From the NCBI GenBank assembly GCA_000004985.1, contig GG738972.1: 47,655 nt of DNA, one strand, 5' to 3'. Below the pieces are notes generated by a model. The model did no database searches. It was not told where the DNA came from and worked only from the letters and a program-made list of their open reading frames with translations. The position numbers and the translations under genes were made by a program. Origin of the DNA: Naegleria gruberi (taxonomy: Eukaryota). Below are positions 44,401 through 47,655 of this stretch, one piece after another. Position 1 is the first letter of the stretch; every line of letters begins with the position of its first letter.

Positions 44401-46374
44401 NNNNNNNNNNNNNNNNNNNNNNNNNNNNNNNNNNNNNNNNNNNNNNNNNNNNNNNNNNNNNNNNNNNNNNNNNNNNNNNNNNNNNNNNNNNNNNNNNNNN
44501 NNNNNNNNNNNNNNNNNNNNNNNNNNNNNNNNNNNNNNNNNNNNNNNNNNNNNNNNNNNNNNNNNNNNNNNNNNNNNNNNNNNNNNNNNNNNNNNNNNNN
44601 NNNNNNNNNNNNNNNNNNNNNNNNNNNNNNNNNNNNNNNNNNNNNNNNNNNNNNNNNNNNNNNNNNNNNNNNNNNNNNNNNNNNNNNNNNNNNNNNNNNN
44701 NNNNNNNNNNNNNNNNNNNNNNNNNNNNNNNNNNNNNNNNNNNNNNNNNNNNNNNNNNNNNNNNNNNNNNNNNNNNNNNNNNNNNNNNNNNNNNNNNNNN
44801 NNNNNNNNNNNNNNNNNNNNNNNNNNNNNNNNNNNNNNNNNNNNNNNNNNNNNNNNNNNNNNNNNNNNNNNNNNNNNNNNNNNNNNNNNNNNNNNNNNNN
44901 NNNNNNNNNNNNNNNNNNNNNNNNNNNNNNNNNNNNNNNNNNNNNNNNNNNNNNNNNNNNNNNNNNNNNNNNNNNNNNNNNNNNNNNNNNNNNNNNNNNN
45001 NNNNNNNNNNNNNNNNNNNNNNNNNNNNNNNNNNNNNNNNNNNNNNNNNNNNNNNNNNNNNNNNNNNNNNNNNNNNNNNNNNNNNNNNNNNNNNNNNNNN
45101 NNNNNNNNNNNNNNNNNNNNNNNNNNNNNNNNNNNNNNNNNNNNNNNNNNNNNNNNNNNNNNNNNNNNNNNNNNNNNNNNNNNNNNNNNNNNNNNNNNNN
45201 NNNNNNNNNNNNNNNNNNNNNNNNNNNNNNNNNNNNNNNNNNNNNNNNNNNNNNNNNNNNNNNNNNNNNNNNNNNNNNNNNNNNNNNNNNNNNNNNNNNN
45301 NNNNNNNNNNNNNNNNNNNNNNNNNNNNNNNNNNNNNNNNNNNNNNNNNNNNNNNNNNNNNNNNNNNNNNNNNNNNNNNNNNNNNNNNNNNNNNNNNNNN
45401 NNNNNNNNNNNNNNNNNNNNNNNNNNNNNNNNNNNNNNNNNNNNNNNNNNNNNNNNNNNNNNNNNNNNNNNNNNNNNNNNNNNNNNNNNNNNNNNNNNNN
45501 NNNNNNNNNNNNNNNNNNNNNNNNNNNNNNNNNNNNNNNNNNNNNNNNNNNNNNNNNNNNNNNNNNNNNNNNNNNNNNNNNNNNNNNNNNNNNNNNNNNN
45601 NNNNNNNNNNNNNNNNNNNNNNNNNNNNNNNNNNNNNNNNNNNNNNNNNNNNNNNNNNNNNNNNNNNNNNNNNNNNNNNNNNNNNNNNNNNNNNNNNNNN
45701 NNNNNNNNNNNNNNNNNNNNNNNNNNNNNNNNNNNNNNNNNNNNNNNNNNNNNNNNNNNNNNNNNNNNNNNNNNNNNNNNNNNNNNNNNNNNNNNNNNNN
45801 NNNNNNNNNNNNNNNNNNNNNNNNNNNNNNNNNNNNNNNNNNNNNNNNNNNNNNNNNNNNNNNNNNNNNNNNNNNNNNNNNNNNNNNNNNNNNNNNNNNN
45901 NNNNNNNNNNNNNNNNNNNNNNNNNNNNNNNNNNNNNNNNNNNNNNNNNNNNNNNNNNNNNNNNNNNNNNNNNNNNNNNNNNNNNNNNNNNNNNNNNNNN
46001 NNNNNNNNNNNNNNNNNNNNNNNNNNNNNNNNNNNNNNNNNNNNNNNNNNNNNNNNNNNNNNNNNNNNNNNNNNNNNNNNNNNNNNNNNNNNNNNNNNNN
46101 NNNNNNNNNNNNNNNNNNNNNNNNNNNNNNNNNNNNNNNNNNNNNNNNNNNNNNNNNNNNNNNNNNNNNNNNNNNNNNNNNNNNNNNNNNNNNNNNNNNN
46201 NNNNNNNNNNNNNNNNNNNNNNNNNNNNNNNNNNNNNNNNNNNNNNNNNNNNNNNNNNNNNNNNNNNNNNNNNNNNNNNNNNNNNNNNNNNNNNNNNNNN
46301 NNNNNNNNNNNNNNNNNNNNNNNNNNNNNNNNNNNNNNNNNNNNNNNNNNNNNNNNNNNNNNNNNNNNNNNNNN
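41420..46374. other. Hard-masked block (4,955 N). No sequence is available.
   Basis: n run. It hides the body of the SEL1-repeat gene (minus strand) and the upstream exons of the plus-strand gene ending at 46839. Confidence 0.95.
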
Positions 46375-46839
46375 GGATTCACACACAGCACACAAGGCCA
46401 TACAAGCAATACCTCTCGTGAGTTATCTTTCGAGGAGCAATATGCAGCAAAACATGATTATGAATTATTGAAAAAACTTGCAGATCTTTCACATGAACAA
46501 TCGAAAAAGGTGGCATCGATCTTTGATAAGATTGACGAAAGTAATCGAATGAATGCAGATTTTCTCAATTTGCAGCAAAATATCAATCAAATGAAAGGGA
46601 TTATTGATGACAGTTTGGCTAGTACTCGAGTTGCTAATGTTGATGTGAGCACACAACAGTCAATTCCTGAACAAACACCATGGAGAACAAGTCAACCAAC
46701 AGCTCAACAACCTAAAACGATTGAAAATATTGAGATTGTGAGTGGAGCTACAATGGGAACTGCCAATGATCAGAATGCTCCCCATCAAACCAAATTTATG
46801 GACAAGTCGTTTTATCCTGACTTGACAAATGAGCTTTAA
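46375..46839 (+). CDS. C-terminal 154 codons of a plus-strand protein-coding gene of unknown function (predicted helical, Gln/Asn-rich). Upstream part is masked.
   Basis: The frame is open from the mask edge to TAA at 46837-46839. It reads GFTHSTQGHTSNTSRELSFEEQYAAKHDYELLKKLADLSHEQSKKVASIFDKIDESNRMNADFLNLQQNINQMKGIIDDSLASTRVANVDVSTQQSIPEQTPWRTSQPTAQQPKTIENIEIVSGATMGTANDQNAPHQTKFMDKSFYPDLTNEL. A 154-codon stop-free stretch in roughly 65% AT DNA is very unlikely by chance. An AATAAA follows 31 nt downstream. Confidence 0.5.
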   Translation, partial: GFTHSTQGHTSNTSRELSFEEQYAAKHDYELLKKLADLSHEQSKKVASIFDKIDESNRMNADFLNLQQNINQMKGIIDDSLASTRVANVDVSTQQSIPEQTPWRTSQPTAQQPKTIENIEIVSGATMGTANDQNAPHQTKFMDKSFYPDLTNEL

Positions 46840-46869
46840 AAAGTGTTCTCTTAGTAAATTATTGTAAAT

Positions 46870-46875
46870 AATAAA
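46870..46875 (+). other. AATAAA polyadenylation signal for the plus-strand gene ending at 46839.
   Basis: aataaa at 46870-46875, 31 nt after the stop and about 40 nt before the tRNA gene. Confidence 0.4.
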
Positions 46876-46912
46876 CTTGTTCGTAAATAGAACAATTTCA
46901 TTATGAATGTAA

Positions 46913-46985
46913 GGGGATGTAGCTCACATGGTAGAGCGCTTCTTTAGCATGGAAGAGGTACGGGGATCGATACCCCGCATCTCCA
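46913..46985 (+). tRNA. tRNA-Ala, anticodon AGC, 73 nt, no encoded CCA.
   Basis: Manual cloverleaf of GGGGATGTAGCTCACATGGTAGAGCGCTTCTTTAGCATGGAAGAGGTACGGGGATCGATACCCCGCATCTCCA. The acceptor stem is 7 bp with the alanine identity pair G3:U70. The D-stem is GCTC/GAGC with G18 G19. The anticodon stem CTTCT/GGAAG carries a U31:G39 wobble, and the loop TTAGCAT gives anticodon AGC. The T-stem is CGGGG/CCCCG with loop ATCGATA (A54), as in insect and nematode tRNA-Ala. The discriminator is A73. Box-A-like sequence is TAGCTCACATGG and box-B-like is GGGATCGATACC. Confidence 0.85.
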
Positions 46986-47012
46986 CTCAATCTTTTCATA
47001 ATTTGATTTTCC

Positions 47013-47018
47013 TTTTTT
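47013..47018 (+). terminator. RNA polymerase III terminator T-run (TTTTTT) downstream of the tRNA-Ala gene. Weaker T4 runs lie at 46993-46996 and 47007-47010.
   Basis: The first run of 4 or more T starts 8 nt after the tRNA 3' end, and a T6 run lies 28 nt after it, on the tRNA-coding strand. Confidence 0.5.
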
Positions 47019-47039
47019 GTTCAATAATTAATTTTATGC

Positions 47040-47045
47040 TTTATT
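47040..47045 (-). other. AATAAA polyadenylation signal (minus strand) overlapping the stop codon of the gene at 47041-47655.
   Basis: Plus-strand tttatt at 47040-47045 is aataaa on the minus strand. It overlaps the TAA stop (rc of tta 47041-47043). The predicted cleavage site lies immediately beside the tRNA terminator. Confidence 0.4.
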
Positions 47046-47655
47046 TAAATTGATCGATATTTCTAAAGCTATTCTTTTGAGGATTTTCCACCTTTTTCAT
47101 CAACTTTAAATATTCAACTCTGAAAGAATCCAACATGTCAGATTTGGATTGGTTTGGGAAATTCAATGAATTCTTGAACGTTTCATGGCAATTTATCAAT
47201 TTCTTTCCAATTTGAATTTGAGCTTCATCGAAAATATTTGTCAAATCACCTTCAGAGTCACCAGTCGATATCTTAACTTGATATCTTTCAATTTCCTTCT
47301 TAATTTCTTCATGTTTCGAATACTTGACATGATTTCTAGCAAGTTCAGTATCCAAGAATTGATTATATATTTCCATTGCTTGCCTATCTTCACTATCATT
47401 CAACTTGAAGGAATTCATTGAAAATAAATCACTGGAAAATGTTAAAATCTCACTTTGTTCATCATCTTCCTGAGAAGGTGAATTAGTAGTGGAGCAATTG
47501 AGTAAACTACTGTTGTTATTTCTCTCATTGGAAAAGTTTTTCATATCTTCCAGAATTGATTTGATGGTAGAATGTAATGATTTCTTATGTTCCTTAAATA
47601 TCTGAACTTGTTCAAGAAAGTGAAATCTATTCGAAAGTGAATCTCCCTTACAATA
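47041..47655 (-). CDS. 3' part (about 205 codons visible) of a minus-strand protein-coding gene of unknown function (predicted helical/coiled-coil). The 5' end lies beyond the window end.
   Basis: The minus frame is stop-free from the window edge at 47655 to TAA at 47041. It reads YCKGDSLSNRFHFLEQVQIFKEHKKSLHSTIKSILEDMKNFSNERNNNSSLLNCSTTNSPSQEDDEQSEILTFSSDLFSMNSFKLNDSEDRQAMEIYNQFLDTELARNHVKYSKHEEIKKEIERYQVKISTGDSEGDLTNIFDEAQIQIGKKLINCHETFKNSLNFPNQSKSDMLDSFRVEYLKLMKKVENPQKNSFRNIDQFK. The track's start at 47544 is an internal Met because the frame stays open upstream of it. Confidence 0.55.
   Translation of the reverse strand, partial: YCKGDSLSNRFHFLEQVQIFKEHKKSLHSTIKSILEDMKNFSNERNNNSSLLNCSTTNSPSQEDDEQSEILTFSSDLFSMNSFKLNDSEDRQAMEIYNQFLDTELARNHVKYSKHEEIKKEIERYQVKISTGDSEGDLTNIFDEAQIQIGKKLINCHETFKNSLNFPNQSKSDMLDSFRVEYLKLMKKVENPQKNSFRNIDQFK

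Noticed and set aside
46418-46447. GTGAGT...CAG candidate 30-nt intron in the plus-strand C-terminal exon.
   Set aside because: 30 nt is below the usual minimum spliceosomal intron length even in compact nematode genomes. The frame is open whether or not it is removed, so the unspliced reading is the simpler one.
1-47655. Prokaryotic or giant-virus origin (dense both-strand genes, AT-rich, a tRNA), or a Dictyostelium or ciliate origin.
   Set aside because: AATAAA signals after stops, aaaaATG contexts, a TTTTCAG acceptor, a tRNA without encoded CCA carrying the metazoan A54 T-loop, and nematode-like cyclophilin all point to a metazoan nuclear genome. Reading TAA/TAG as Gln (the ciliate code) would run coding sequence into the tRNA. 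Intergenic regions are far less AT-rich than in Dictyostelium. No CRISPR repeats, phage genes or IS elements are visible.

Overview
About 87% of this 47,655-nt window is hard-masked: N runs at 1059-33383, 35547-39928 and 41420-46374 leave only about 6 kb readable, in four islands. The masks are not assembly gaps: their lengths are irregular and open reading frames run straight into every mask boundary. Any larger system in this window therefore lies in sequence I cannot see. The 10,000+ aa ORFs in the supplied track are N-to-X translation artefacts. Several of the track's 'M' starts are GTG codons (for example 41299 and 34389), so the track uses bacterial start rules that do not fit this DNA.

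The readable DNA is AT-rich nuclear eukaryotic sequence of about 33-35% GC. It uses the standard genetic code, A-rich aaaaATG start contexts and AATAAA signals after stop codons. It encodes a tRNA-Ala(AGC) with a G3:U70 pair, an A54 T-loop (ATCGATA) and no encoded CCA, which is very close to insect/nematode tRNA-Ala. It also encodes a cyclophilin N-terminus (KVFFDVTIAGKDAGRIVMELFDD..VPKTAENFR) most similar to nematode cyn-type cyclophilins, preceded by a TTTTTTCAG acceptor about 42 nt upstream of its ATG. I therefore read the window as metazoan, probably nematode or another compact AT-rich ecdysozoan. It is not prokaryotic: there is no CRISPR array, prophage or operon-type system.

Supported features are:
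- two head-to-head gene pairs with shared promoters at 441-998 and about 34360/34514-35366;
- a SAM-like protein 5' end;
- a Ser/Thr-rich gene start;
- a Walker-A P-loop NTPase gene 5' end;
- the cyclophilin gene start;
- the C-terminus of a multi-pass membrane protein;
- a SEL1-repeat protein C-terminus;
- the C-terminal exon of an unknown protein;
- the tRNA-Ala wedged between two convergent protein-gene 3' ends;
- a further minus-strand gene whose 3' half is visible and which runs off the window end.

The second looks in the readable part are:
- an apparent 1-nt frameshift in the cyclophilin 5' exon;
- a candidate upstream exon plus a 61-nt intron for the P-loop gene;
- a dense cluster of inverted repeats and a perfect 20-bp palindrome in the first divergent promoter;
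- an atypical but probably functional tRNA-Ala;
- unusually tight same-strand and convergent gene packing around 40.4-40.7 kb.

I found no evidence in the readable sequence for a novel multi-gene system.
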